A stretch of DNA of 64,000 nt from Candidatus Latescibacterota bacterium. Its GTDB lineage: Bacteria; Latescibacterota; UBA2968; GCA-2709665. Where the stretch lies: the NCBI GenBank assembly GCA_963662665.2, contig CAXXJS010000010.1, positions 288,001 to 352,000 on the forward strand, in the 5' to 3' direction. The position numbers and the translations under genes were made by a program. This document shows, one piece after another, positions 47,524 to 57,689 of this stretch (positions are counted from its first letter, which is position 1; every line of letters begins with the position of its first letter). The notes beneath the pieces are model-generated. The model was not told the DNA's origin. It did no database searches and was given only the letters and a program-made list of their open reading frames with translations.

Positions 47524-50229
47524 CTATTTTCCGTAACTCAACGTTGGACCGGCGGCGACCGGATTGGCTTTATCGGGGTCGACGCCGAGGTCCTCTATGG
47601 CCCTTGTAACCTGGTCTCTCTCTATCCCGCCCTGATTCGAGAGGCCGTGTAGCGCGGCGATGGCGATGGATTCGGCATCGACTTCAAAATGCCGGCGAAG
47701 CGCTTCCCGGGTATCGCTTCTTCCAAAGCCGTCGGTACCCAGCGAGAACAGATCCTGTGCCACCCAGGGGCGGATCATGTCAGGCAGGATCTTCATATAG
47801 TCGGAGGCGGCTACGACCGGACCCCGGGCGTTTTCGAGTACGCGGGTGATATAGGGCCTGCGTGAGGGCTGGGTGGGGTGCAGCCGGTTCCAGCGTTCGG
47901 TTTCGAGGGCGTCCTTGCGCAGTTCCTTGTAGCTGGTGACGCTCCAGACCTGCGCGGAGATGCCATAACTCTCAGCCAGAATGCTCCGGGCGCGAAGGGC
48001 CTCCCTCAGGATGGCGCCGCTGCCGAAAAGCTGAACGTGATGCGTTGCGCTTTCCAGGGAGTCGGGCTTGAGTTTGTAGATGCCTCTGATGATGCCTTCC
48101 TCGACGCCTTCCGGCATGGCCGGCATGTCGTAAGGTTCGTTTCCAAGCGTCAGATAGTAGAAGATGTCTTCCTGCTCCCCGTACATTCGCCGGATACCGT
48201 CCTGAATGATTACTGCGATTTCGTAAGCGTAGGCAGGATCGTAGGTGAGCAGATTGGGGACGGTGCTGGCCAGTACGTGGCTGTGCCCGTCCTGGTGCTG
48301 GAGGCCCTCGCCGTTTAACGTTGTCCGGCCGGCGGTGCCGCCCAGGAGGAAACCCTTGCACCGCATATCCGCGGCGGCCCAGATCAGGTCGCCGATGCGT
48401 TGAAACCCGAACATGGAGTAGTAGATGAAAAACGGGATGGTGTTCACGCCGCAGGTGGCGTAGGCCGTGCCTGCGGCAATGAAGGAGCACATGGATCCCG
48501 CTTCGTTGATGCCTTCCTCCAGAATCTGACCCTCTCTGACTTCCCGGTAATACAATAGCCTATCGGCGTCTACGGGTTCGTAGAGTTGCCCGACGCGGGA
48601 GTAGATGCCGCATTGTCTAAAAAGCGGTTCCATGCCGAACGTGCGGGCTTCGTCCGGAATGATGGGCACGATGAGTTCGCCGATATCGGGATCACGCAGA
48701 AGCTTGGAGAACATCCGGACGAATGCCATGGTCGTGGAGGCCTGCCGGCCCCGGGTGCCCTTCAGAAACTCGTCGAAATGGTCCAGCGCCGGAACGGCGA
48801 GAGGTTCTGTGTTGACCTGCCTGCGTGGCAGATAGCCGCCCAGTTCCTCACGGCGTCGTTTCATGTATTCGATCTCGGGGCTGTCTTCGGGAGGCCGATA
48901 GAAGGGTGCGGCGGCGACTTCGTCGTCCGAGATCGGGATTCCGAAGCGGGATCTGAATTCCCGCAGTTCGTCTTCATTCAGTTTCTTTTGCTGGTGGGAG
49001 ACGTTCCGGCCTTCACCGGATTCGCCAACACCGTAGCCCTTGATCGTCTTCGCGAGAATGACGGTGGGCGAGCCACGGTGTTCCACGGCCGATCTGTAGG
49101 CGGCGTAGACTTTCTCGGGATCGTGGCCGCCGCGGCGCATTTTCTGCAGCTGCTCGTCCGAAAGGTGGTCGACCATGCCCAGCAGTCCCGGGTGCGTTCC
49201 GAAGAAATCTTCGCGGATGTAGTCGCCCGATTCGACGGTATATTTCTGGTATTGGCCGTCGACCACTTCGTTCATACGCTTGACCAGAATGCCGTCGTGG
49301 TCCCGGGCAAGCAACGGGTCCCAGTCGTCGCCCCATATCACTTTAATCACGTTCCAGCCGGCGCCGCGGAAGGCGGCCTCCAATTCCTGGATCACCTTGC
49401 CATTGCCCCGTACCGGTCCGTCCAGTCGCTGGAGATTACAGTTGATCACGAAGATCAGGTTGTCCAGCTTCTCCCTGGAGGCCAGCGTGATTGCGCCAAG
49501 GGATTCGGGCTCGTCGGTTTCGCCGTCGCCCATGAAGACCCACACGTGGGAACCGGAGGTGTCTTTAAGGCCCCGATCTTCCAGGTAGCGGTTGAATCGA
49601 GCGTGATATATGCCCATAATGGGCGCAAGGCCCATGGACACCGTAGGGTATTCCCAGAAGTCGGGCATCAGCCACGGGTGTGGGTAGGATGACAGACCAC
49701 CCGGATGCCGGAGGTCCCGGCGGAAATTTTCCAGGGCCTGCTCGTCAATCCTGCCTTCGAGGAACGCCCGGGCGTAGACACCCGGCGCGGCGTGCCCCTG
49801 GAAATACACCTGGTCGCCCAGGAAACCGTTGCCCCGTCCGTGAAAGAAGTGGTCGAAACCCACCTCGAGCAGCGTGGCTGCGGACGCATAGGTGGAAATG
49901 TGGCCGCCGATACCATCGTATTCCCGGTTGGCGCGCACCACCATGGCCATGGCGTTCCAACGGATGATACTTTTTATGCGGCGTTCGGTTTCACGGTTGC
50001 CCGGGTACGGGTGCTGCTGGTCCACTGGAATTGTGTTGACGTAGGGTGTATTGGCGCTGAAGGGGATGACGACGTCCGCACGGTGCGCCCACTCCTCGAT
50101 TTTCTTGAACAGGAAGCGCACCCGGTCCGGCCCGTAGTTTTTCAGGGCGTAGTCGAGCGATTCGATCCAGTCCCGGGTTTCTGCCGGGTCCACGTCGCGG
50201 GAGGGAACTCGGACGACTTTATCTGACAT
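47524..50229 (-). CDS. aceE: Pyruvate dehydrogenase E1, homodimeric type
   Basis: GGHISTYAS, SSYPHPWLMP, GDGETDEPE, GEGLQHQDGH. Confidence 0.96.
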   Translation of the reverse strand: MSDKVVRVPSRDVDPAETRDWIESLDYALKNYGPDRVRFLFKKIEEWAHRADVVIPFSANTPYVNTIPVDQQHPYPGNRETERRIKSIIRWNAMAMVVRANREYDGIGGHISTYASAATLLEVGFDHFFHGRGNGFLGDQVYFQGHAAPGVYARAFLEGRIDEQALENFRRDLRHPGGLSSYPHPWLMPDFWEYPTVSMGLAPIMGIYHARFNRYLEDRGLKDTSGSHVWVFMGDGETDEPESLGAITLASREKLDNLIFVINCNLQRLDGPVRGNGKVIQELEAAFRGAGWNVIKVIWGDDWDPLLARDHDGILVKRMNEVVDGQYQKYTVESGDYIREDFFGTHPGLLGMVDHLSDEQLQKMRRGGHDPEKVYAAYRSAVEHRGSPTVILAKTIKGYGVGESGEGRNVSHQQKKLNEDELREFRSRFGIPISDDEVAAAPFYRPPEDSPEIEYMKRRREELGGYLPRRQVNTEPLAVPALDHFDEFLKGTRGRQASTTMAFVRMFSKLLRDPDIGELIVPIIPDEARTFGMEPLFRQCGIYSRVGQLYEPVDADRLLYYREVREGQILEEGINEAGSMCSFIAAGTAYATCGVNTIPFFIYYSMFGFQRIGDLIWAAADMRCKGFLLGGTAGRTTLNGEGLQHQDGHSHVLASTVPNLLTYDPAYAYEIAVIIQDGIRRMYGEQEDIFYYLTLGNEPYDMPAMPEGVEEGIIRGIYKLKPDSLESATHHVQLFGSGAILREALRARSILAESYGISAQVWSVTSYKELRKDALETERWNRLHPTQPSRRPYITRVLENARGPVVAASDYMKILPDMIRPWVAQDLFSLGTDGFGRSDTREALRRHFEVDAESIAIAALHGLSNQGGIERDQVTRAIEDLGVDPDKANPVAAGPTLSYGK

Positions 50230-50426
50230 TCACTGCCTCGTTATGATTTGACGAGCGCGGTCGATCACACCCGGGTGCCGGGGCCGCCAACCCGGCGGAA
50301 CGGTTTTGTCCGGGGGCAGCCGGTCCGGTCGGATTGTTCAACGTCCCGGAGCCTTCTGAATTTACCGGTAGACGCCTGAAAAGTCAAATTTGTTGCCCTT
50401 TCATGCAGTTTGACCGGGCGATAAAG

Positions 50427-50459
50427 AAAAAAAGCCCCGGGAGGCACTCCTCCAGAGGC
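50427..50459 (-). terminator. Intrinsic terminator after the PFOR genes
   Basis: Minus strand GCCTCTGGAGG-AGTG-CCTCCCGGGGC-TTTTTT. Confidence 0.7.
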
Positions 50460-50499
50460 TTTTCGTGCGTCGACCCATAACGATGTTTACAGCGCGTCT

Positions 50500-52143
50500 T
50501 CAGATGATGCCGGCCATCTCCTGGAGCATTCGCCAGTTCTGCAGGCGGTCGTCCTGGGCGGCCATGAGGGTTTCGGAAGGGTTTCCGTCCTTGTCGAAGT
50601 GCTTGGCGAAACGCCCTTCGGTCCGGGCGAAAGTAACAAAGTCGACGGTTTCGCCGGTCTTGCGAATGGTATACCAGTCGTCCTTGACGGCCGGGTTGCC
50701 CCGGAGGTCCAGCCGCTCCTTGATGCGTTCTCCCTTGCGCGGATCGTAGATGAAGATTGGGAATGCCCGCGACTCCATGGCCAGTTTGGCCTGGTGCCCC
50801 GCCAGGTGGTCTCCCACCCCGTGTTCGGGCTGGCACGTGGTGAAGACGTTAATTACGGCCGGCCCGTCGAATTCGTTAGCCGCGGCGATGGCACGGTAGA
50901 AGTGGTTCTGCAGGCTGCAGATTGTCTGTGCGACAAAGGTGTCCGGATGCATCATGCAGATCTGGCCAAGTTCCTTCCGGCGCTCGGTTTTTCCGGGAAC
51001 GGCGGAGCCGTGGACGGACATCTTGGTATTCTGCCCCATGTAACTGGAGGTGGAGGCTTGTCCGCCGGTATTGGAGTAGACCTGGGTATCCAGGACCAGG
51101 ACGTTGATATCCATGCCTGACATGAGCATCCTGGAAAGTGCCTGGAAACCGATATCCAGCATGGCCCCGTCTCCGCCGATAACCCATATCTTCTTGTCCT
51201 GCCAACCCATCTGGTCCCAGCGGGCACGCACCCCCATGGCATCGGTGGGTCCGTTTTCAAAGAGCGAGTTGGTCCAGGGAACCGTGTAGGGGTTGTACGG
51301 ATAAGTGGAGGTGTATACAGTGTTGCATCCCGTGGAGGCCACAAGACCGAGGTTTTCAGGGCCGTGCAGATAACCCGTGGATGCAAGCATCATACGCAGG
51401 GCCGTGGCTTCTCCGCAGCCCATGCAGGACCCGGCGCCGCCCACGTAGAGTAGAGACCGTTCGGCCAGCATCATGTCCTGAACGGATTTTTCGAGGATAT
51501 ATTCGCTTGGAGATTCCGGCAGGTCGTTGTGGAAGTCCCAGGCGGCGCGGAATTCCTCCAGGTTTTCTGCCGTCTTGGTGACCATCTTCAGGGCGTCTTT
51601 GTCGGCGCAGACCTCGACGCATTCGGCACAACCCTTGCATTTGGTGGGGTCTATGAAGATGCCGAAGTAGGCGCCTTCTTTGCCCTTCTTCTCAAAGTTC
51701 TTGTAGTACTTGGCAGTCTCGGAAAACTGGTTGCGCAGGAATTCTCTCTGTTCGGGATCGGTGGTCTTGGCCAGCGCCGCGTCGAGTTCTTCGCGGGTGG
51801 TGATTTTTCCCAGGATGGCCGTATCCGGACATTCGGTGACGCAGTCCATGCAGCCAACGCAGTTTTCCTGGATAAATTCCGGGATTTCGGGGGCGATGTA
51901 GCTGAAGTCGCGAAAGGCGCCGGTACCCGGGCCCACCAGGCTGCGGGCAACGCCCACGTCCGCGGGCAACCCCTGTTCGGCAATGCCCGTATTGTACCCC
52001 GCCACAACCCGCCCGTTAAAATCTTCGATATCCAGCAGGGTATGCAGGTTGATCGGCGCAGAGGAGATCGGCTCCTCGTCCATTTCCTGCAATGAACTGA
52101 CGCTCAGCAGTGTGGCTGGCTCGCTTTTGCCATTGGTTGACAT
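50500..52143 (-). CDS. 2-oxoacid:ferredoxin oxidoreductase (PFOR-type), ferredoxin + TPP-binding subunit
   Basis: CVGCMDCVTECP, CKGCAECVEVC, CMGCGE, GGDGAMLDIG, YSNTGGQ. Confidence 0.9.
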   Translation of the reverse strand: MSTNGKSEPATLLSVSSLQEMDEEPISSAPINLHTLLDIEDFNGRVVAGYNTGIAEQGLPADVGVARSLVGPGTGAFRDFSYIAPEIPEFIQENCVGCMDCVTECPDTAILGKITTREELDAALAKTTDPEQREFLRNQFSETAKYYKNFEKKGKEGAYFGIFIDPTKCKGCAECVEVCADKDALKMVTKTAENLEEFRAAWDFHNDLPESPSEYILEKSVQDMMLAERSLLYVGGAGSCMGCGEATALRMMLASTGYLHGPENLGLVASTGCNTVYTSTYPYNPYTVPWTNSLFENGPTDAMGVRARWDQMGWQDKKIWVIGGDGAMLDIGFQALSRMLMSGMDINVLVLDTQVYSNTGGQASTSSYMGQNTKMSVHGSAVPGKTERRKELGQICMMHPDTFVAQTICSLQNHFYRAIAAANEFDGPAVINVFTTCQPEHGVGDHLAGHQAKLAMESRAFPIFIYDPRKGERIKERLDLRGNPAVKDDWYTIRKTGETVDFVTFARTEGRFAKHFDKDGNPSETLMAAQDDRLQNWRMLQEMAGII

Positions 52144-52283
52144 GGTTTTTGCTCCCGGTTCAGCTTGAACGTTCGGAATGGGCGGGGTCGTTGCGGGTCT
52201 GGAACGTGGCGCCCTGATGCCGAAACAAAACTATCAAGCGACAACAGATGGCACTGTGCCGTTGGAGAAATCGGAACGACCGG

Positions 52284-54305
52284 TCAGCACCCGATCGAGA
52301 CCAGGCCCGCCGGAAGATCGTCCGTTTCCTGGTCGATTGTGCTTTCGATCAGTTCCCGCGGGACTTCGAACACTTCCCGGTAACCTCTCATGATGGCGTT
52401 CATGTTGGCGTCCACGACGCCCTTTCCCTTGTTGCCCCAGTATTTGTTGACCGCGTTTTCCACGTTAACGAACAACTCGTCTTCCGTGAGATTCAGATCC
52501 TTCTGGAAGGGGGTGTGTTTCAGAAAGATCCCCAGAAGGACAATACCCTGGAAACGCTGCATCAGATCCGGCGACGGCGCCTCTTCCAGGGCGATTTTGA
52601 CGGCGTTGAGGGCGAGGGGTTTGATGAGTCTGGTACGGATCATTCTCTTTGCCCATCCGGGAATATTGTCCCATACCTTTTCCGCCTCGGTGTGGGGACT
52701 CTGGATAAAGACCATGCCGCCGTCGACAACGCCGGCCAGCGGATTGGCGGTATTGAAGGCGTTGACGTCGTTGAGCGGTACGAAGTCCACCACTTCCAGT
52801 TCGGAGTGGGTCCGGATGTGTTCGTTGGCCGCGGTCAGGTAGTAGGTGGTGGGCAGCCCCTTCTTTTCCGACCCGTATTTCGGGTAGGCCTGAACGTGAA
52901 GCCCCAGGTTTGCCAGCAACGTGGCAATGACTTTATTGGTGGTAACGGAACCGTACCCGCCCACCGAGTGCCCGCGCATCGCGAATGCGCCAATCTCCCT
53001 CGTGCTTGGATCGGGCTGCCTCCGGAGGGCCAATTCGTGTTCGATATTGAGGACGAAAAGTTCCTTCTGCCCGGGTGCGGCCGCCTGCATATTTCTCACG
53101 GTGGCAATGAAGTCGCCTGGCCGGACGTCGCGGCTTCCCAGGCCGGCCATCCCTGAGAGGATCTTCGGAATTCGTTCGATTCGCGGATACCCGGTGGCGC
53201 CGCCGGCGGCATCGGCGAAGGCAGCCTTGATTTCGGCGGTCAGCGGATTGGACTGCGCGAGCGGGTTGTCCATTCGTTCCAAAATGGAAATGGCCTTCGC
53301 TCCCTTGAGCGCTTCCACAATTTCGACGCCCGGGAACGGGCGGAACGACGTGACGTGAAGGGCGCCCACTTTCAGGCCCTCCGTATCCCGCAACCAGTCG
53401 ACGGCGGTCTGGGCGGTCTCCAGCATGCTGCCCATGCCCACGATGACGTATTCGGCGTCTTCAAGCCGGTACCCGTCGATCATGCCGTAACGCCTGCCGG
53501 TCATCCTGTAGAATTCGTGCATGGCTTCCAGCAGGTCGTCGGGCACGCGATCGTAAAAATACCGCTGGGCGATCTTGCCCTTCATGTAGCTGTCCTGGTT
53601 CTGTACCACGCCGCTCATCATCGGATTGTCGACGTCCATGAGGTTCTGGATCTTGTCTTCCGGGCGCCCCACGAAAAGCTTCATCAGTTCCGGTTCGATG
53701 GCCGTGACGTTCTGGACCGTGTGGGTTGTGAGAAACCCGTCCTGCACAACCATGAACGGCGTCTGGGAGGCTTCCGCCGCGCGGCGGGCGATGAGCGTCG
53801 TGTCCATAACCTCCTGGGTATTGCGGGCAAATACGATGCCCCAGCCGCAGTCGGCCACGGCCATGATATCGTCGTGGCCCGCGTGTACGTTGAGCGATTG
53901 CGAGGTGAGCGCGCGCGCGCCGATATGGAAGACAGCGGGAAGGCGTTTGCCCGAGATCGTGTAGAGCACCTCTTTCATCAGGACCAGACCCTGACCCGAG
54001 GTGAAGTTGGTGACCCGCCCGCCCGCCACGGCAAAGCCTTCGGACGCAGAAGCCGAACTGTGTTCGGACTCGGGCTCTATGAAAACCAGGGTATCGCCCC
54101 ACAGGTTGACCGCGCCGTTTGACACCACCGCGCTGTATTTCTCGCCCAGAATCGAGGAAGACGTGATAGGATAGGTGCAGGCGGCCTGGCTGATGTGTTT
54201 TTCTACCCAGATTGCGGCATCGCCGCCGTCGCCCACGTCGGGGTTGCCGGGAAACGGAAATTCACCTGGCCGTCCGTCAATCTGTATTCTGGCGCTTTCC
54301 GCCAT
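52284..54305 (-). CDS. 2-oxoacid:ferredoxin oxidoreductase (PFOR-type), alpha/gamma subunit
   Basis: YPITSS, ESEHSSA, FTSGQGL, QDGFLTTH, GGYGSVTTNK, YGSEKKG. Confidence 0.9.
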   Translation of the reverse strand: MAESARIQIDGRPGEFPFPGNPDVGDGGDAAIWVEKHISQAACTYPITSSSILGEKYSAVVSNGAVNLWGDTLVFIEPESEHSSASASEGFAVAGGRVTNFTSGQGLVLMKEVLYTISGKRLPAVFHIGARALTSQSLNVHAGHDDIMAVADCGWGIVFARNTQEVMDTTLIARRAAEASQTPFMVVQDGFLTTHTVQNVTAIEPELMKLFVGRPEDKIQNLMDVDNPMMSGVVQNQDSYMKGKIAQRYFYDRVPDDLLEAMHEFYRMTGRRYGMIDGYRLEDAEYVIVGMGSMLETAQTAVDWLRDTEGLKVGALHVTSFRPFPGVEIVEALKGAKAISILERMDNPLAQSNPLTAEIKAAFADAAGGATGYPRIERIPKILSGMAGLGSRDVRPGDFIATVRNMQAAAPGQKELFVLNIEHELALRRQPDPSTREIGAFAMRGHSVGGYGSVTTNKVIATLLANLGLHVQAYPKYGSEKKGLPTTYYLTAANEHIRTHSELEVVDFVPLNDVNAFNTANPLAGVVDGGMVFIQSPHTEAEKVWDNIPGWAKRMIRTRLIKPLALNAVKIALEEAPSPDLMQRFQGIVLLGIFLKHTPFQKDLNLTEDELFVNVENAVNKYWGNKGKGVVDANMNAIMRGYREVFEVPRELIESTIDQETDDLPAGLVSIGC

Positions 54306-54798
54306 GGCGGTTCTCCTTAATTAAGTGGACAAAAGGCATCGTGGCAACTGACGCCCTTGTCAGCCCGTTGGAAGAGTCCATCCGGGCTACGGCCGGCCCG
54401 TGCGGTCGAGATACTGCGTTGCGCTCCCTCGCCGGATCGCTCGATTCAACTCGGTTGCGCGCCTTGTCTTCGGCCACAATGCCTCGGCCTCGCCTGCAGA
54501 GCGACTTTACTACGGACTGTTGTGCCAGCTCAATCCACGACCGGGCACGTTTCGCTTTCAGTAAGTATGAATGATAAGCTAAATCATGTTGAGTAAAGGC
54601 TAAATATAACTCAAACACGACCTGTCTGCAAGCGCTGATTAACGTGACCATTAATGAAGTTTGTTAATTATGAATTGGCGCATCGCCATCGGCGGTCTCT
54701 GAATCCGCTTGCCCGAATTCAGGCGCACCTCCATATTTACCCTGCTTGAAGGGTCTTTCCAGCGAATCACGTGCACGCATGAAACGCGGAGGCAAACA

Positions 54799-55110
54799 AT
54801 GCCTGAACTCAGGTACGACGGAGGAGACCCTGACTGCGCGCTTGCGTATTTCCGGGAACACCGGGCGAAGTTGCGCGCGCTGCCCAGGGTGTTTGTAGGC
54901 CCGGACGGCACGACCGTAAAGGACATTAACGGCGAGGAGATGAATCTTGAAGGGCTTACTTTGGGTCAAACCCAACTGGAAACGTTGCTGAAGCTGGCCG
55001 GGGCCTCATACAATCCGTCGACCCTGCATAACCCGCCGCGAGGCCGAAGTCCGGTCAAGGAATTTGAGATTGTCAAACAGGACCCGTGGGGACACGATCG
55101 GGTCTTGTAG
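54799..55110 (+). CDS. Hypothetical protein, 103 aa
   Basis: RBS GGAGG; host-like codon usage. Confidence 0.65.
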   Translation: MPELRYDGGDPDCALAYFREHRAKLRALPRVFVGPDGTTVKDINGEEMNLEGLTLGQTQLETLLKLAGASYNPSTLHNPPRGRSPVKEFEIVKQDPWGHDRVL

Positions 55111-55149
55111 GCGCGAGTCCGCCGACGCCCTCCGTGATGCTGCAGACTG

Positions 55150-56187
55150 TTAACGCCGGTTGGCTTCCAGCCGGTCCAATTGCCGGTATTCGTCCATGGG
55201 ACCGATCGAATTCCGGAGGTCGCCGATTCCGCCGAACGACATCACGACGGTGTCGTCAACCTGAAGGCCGCTCGGCAAGTCGGCTTCAGAAAAAACAACA
55301 GGTGTGCCCCAGTACAGTAGTTGCAGGGTCTTTTCACGCAGGGGCAGCCGACTGAAGAGAGAACGCTCCAGGTGGAAGAGCCGCTCCGGCATGTTGAGAT
55401 GGCTCTGTCCGGTGTGACCCGTTTTTCGAGCGATACGTTTATTGTTTCTCAGAATATCGCAGGAGACCGCGACGCTGGCGTCGTCGAATTCGGAATCCGT
55501 GATCAGAACCGGCCCCAGGCTTGCGCATCCGCCGTGCCAATTCTTGGCCTGAGGGAGATTCAACGGATTCTCGGCTTCAATACCGTTGTCGGTGTAGTCA
55601 TTGCCGCCTGTATAGCCGATACGCTCGATCTGACCGCGGGTGTCCAGTCCGTAAAGGGTGACGAGTTCGGTTTCCGGCACAAGGCGGCGGGTGCCGTCCG
55701 GCCGGGCGATGCGGCCTCGATGTCCGGCCAGCGCGCCCGCGTCGTTCTTCGCGAAGAGTTCGGGTATGCCGCCGCGCGCGCATTCGCGGTATTTCTGATC
55801 GTAGACGTTGACGGCGCCACCGGTGGCCTCTTTCGCTTCGGTTTCCCGCAGCCGCGCGCTGTCGGCGTGTGTGACGCCGGCCAGCCAGACGCGCAACCGG
55901 TGGGGTCGTCCGGCGGGCGGCGTGACGGGAGCGATCAGGTGTGGCCGCCCGGCGGATGGATCGCTTTCCATCAGATCCGTGAGGCTGTAGGAACGGGCGC
56001 CGGCCGTGTCGACGTCCGCGACCACACGATCCAACCCCATTCTTTCGCCCCCGTGGCCGTAGTAGAGTTCGTAGACCGACGCGGGGTATGGCTCGCAGGC
56101 TGTAAGATCCAGGACCGTTTCATTGTCGACGAGTCCCAGACGCGAGGGGTTCGGGGCGGATGGATCGCGGAATTGCAGGAGTCTCAC
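55150..56187 (-). CDS. Fumarylacetoacetate-hydrolase-family protein (2-keto-3-deoxypentonate dehydratase-like)
   Basis: AGVTH, PELFAK, VPETEL, GYTGGND, IEAENPLNLPQAK. Confidence 0.8.
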   Translation of the reverse strand: MRLLQFRDPSAPNPSRLGLVDNETVLDLTACEPYPASVYELYYGHGGERMGLDRVVADVDTAGARSYSLTDLMESDPSAGRPHLIAPVTPPAGRPHRLRVWLAGVTHADSARLRETEAKEATGGAVNVYDQKYRECARGGIPELFAKNDAGALAGHRGRIARPDGTRRLVPETELVTLYGLDTRGQIERIGYTGGNDYTDNGIEAENPLNLPQAKNWHGGCASLGPVLITDSEFDDASVAVSCDILRNNKRIARKTGHTGQSHLNMPERLFHLERSLFSRLPLREKTLQLLYWGTPVVFSEADLPSGLQVDDTVVMSFGGIGDLRNSIGPMDEYRQLDRLEANRR

Positions 56188-56331
56188 GGAACACACCTCC
56201 CTGATAGTCTGTCGAGCGTGCCTTCACAGGCGTACAACTGAATCAAGGCATACGCTGCTCTATCAACCTGCAGCGTTTCTGACGATCTGACCGGACAATA
56301 GGCGTTAACGCACCGTTTAATCGGAATCGGC

Positions 56332-56368
56332 TTGATTTTACACATTTTATTGTGTAGATTAATGTGTA
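56332..56368 (+). promoter_or_regulatory. vapBC promoter/operator
   Basis: TTGATT-N17-TAGATT with TACACA-N6-TGTGTA inverted repeat. Confidence 0.55.
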
Positions 56369-56384
56369 AACACGGAGGTCTGCA

Positions 56385-56585
56385 ATGGCAACCAATCTTG
56401 CGCTCGACGACGAGTTGATCGAAGAAGCCAGGCGAATCGGTGGGCATCGAACGAAAAAAGCTGTTGTCACCGAGGCCCTGGAAGAGTATGTCCAGCGCCG
56501 CAGGCAGCTTCAGATACTGCGCATGTTCAATACGATCGACTACGATCCCGATTTCGACTACAAAATACAGCGAAAGCGGCAATGA
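56385..56585 (+). CDS. vapB: VapB antitoxin
   Basis: MATNLALDDELIEEARRIGGHRTKKAVVTEALEEY. Confidence 0.9.
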   Translation: MATNLALDDELIEEARRIGGHRTKKAVVTEALEEYVQRRRQLQILRMFNTIDYDPDFDYKIQRKRQ

Positions 56586-57001
56586 AGGTATTGGTTGATA
56601 CGAGCGTCTGGTCCCTATCGCTGCGGCGCAAGGTCGTTTCCGAACATCCGGTCGTGGCGGAATTGGCAGAACTGGTCCGTGAGGTCCGGGCGCAAATGAT
56701 CGGTCCGATCCGCCAGGAGGTCCTTTCCGGCATCCGTTCGCAAGTTCAATTCGAGGGGCTACGAACTCTTCTGCGGGCGTTTCCGGATCTATCGCTTGAT
56801 GCCGCTGACTATGAATGCGCGGCCGAATTTTTCAACGTTAGCCGAAGCCGCGGCGTTCACGGATCAAATACGGACTTCCTGATCTGTGCGGCATCCCATC
56901 GGTACGAGATGCCGATTCTGACTACGGACGGCGATTTTCGTCGTTTCCGTGAATATCTGCCCATAGAACTTCACGTGACGCGTTCTAATGCGGGGGCGTA
57001 A
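56582..57001 (+). CDS. vapC: VapC PIN-domain toxin
   Basis: VLVDTSVW, QEVLSG, DFLICA, TTDGDF; ATGA overlap with vapB. Confidence 0.92.
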   Translation: MKVLVDTSVWSLSLRRKVVSEHPVVAELAELVREVRAQMIGPIRQEVLSGIRSQVQFEGLRTLLRAFPDLSLDAADYECAAEFFNVSRSRGVHGSNTDFLICAASHRYEMPILTTDGDFRRFREYLPIELHVTRSNAGA

Positions 57002-57005
57002 TGCG

Positions 57006-57554
57006 ATGCTGATGCAAGATGAGATGGCCGGGTTGGGAAAGCGATTCCTCGCGCTGGTGATTGACATGCTCATGCTGAAGTTGCTCGACCTGCCGCTTTC
57101 CCGCGCATTGAGAGAGGTCACGCCGTCGCCGATTGCGGCGCTGGTTCTGGAATATGGGATAACGCTGGTATATTGTACCGTCTTTCTTGCACGCAGGGGG
57201 CAGACGCCTGGCAAGATCATGATGAGCCTGAGGGTCATCTCCGCGGACGGCGGCGCGGTAGGGCGGACGCTGGCTCTCGTCCGTTCCACGGTGAAGTGGA
57301 CGCCTGTCTTCGGGTTTGTAATTGTCCTGTCCGCCCTGAACCCGTACGCGGATCCTCATCAGGTGGCGCTGGGCGCCGAACGCGTCCTGACGCCTCCGGA
57401 AAATGTCGATGCCGGAAGCTTGCACGCGTGGTCGATCATCTTTTATTCGGGATGGCTGCTGGGCTTTGTACTTGTCTGGATCACGCGCCGACATCCGGAC
57501 CGCCAGGCGCTGCACGACCGCCTGGCAGGCACCCTGGTGATGCGTGTGGAATAA
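57006..57554 (+). CDS. RDD-family membrane protein
   Basis: KRFLALVID, GQTPGKIMMSLRV, RQALHDRLAGT. Confidence 0.88.
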   Translation: MLMQDEMAGLGKRFLALVIDMLMLKLLDLPLSRALREVTPSPIAALVLEYGITLVYCTVFLARRGQTPGKIMMSLRVISADGGAVGRTLALVRSTVKWTPVFGFVIVLSALNPYADPHQVALGAERVLTPPENVDAGSLHAWSIIFYSGWLLGFVLVWITRRHPDRQALHDRLAGTLVMRVE

Positions 57555-57689
57555 TCAATCGGATAGCGTAACCGTGACGGAGGCCGAAGGAACAGACTTC
57601 GCTCCGATCGATCGGGAGCGTGAGGCAGGAAGCGCACATAAAACGATCGGACCCGGCCGTCTCCGAGCGCTCTGTCCCGTGCGGTACCT

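Noticed and set aside
54560-54680. AT-rich inverted repeats upstream of PFOR as FNR/Rex sites
   Set aside because: No convincing match to either consensus.
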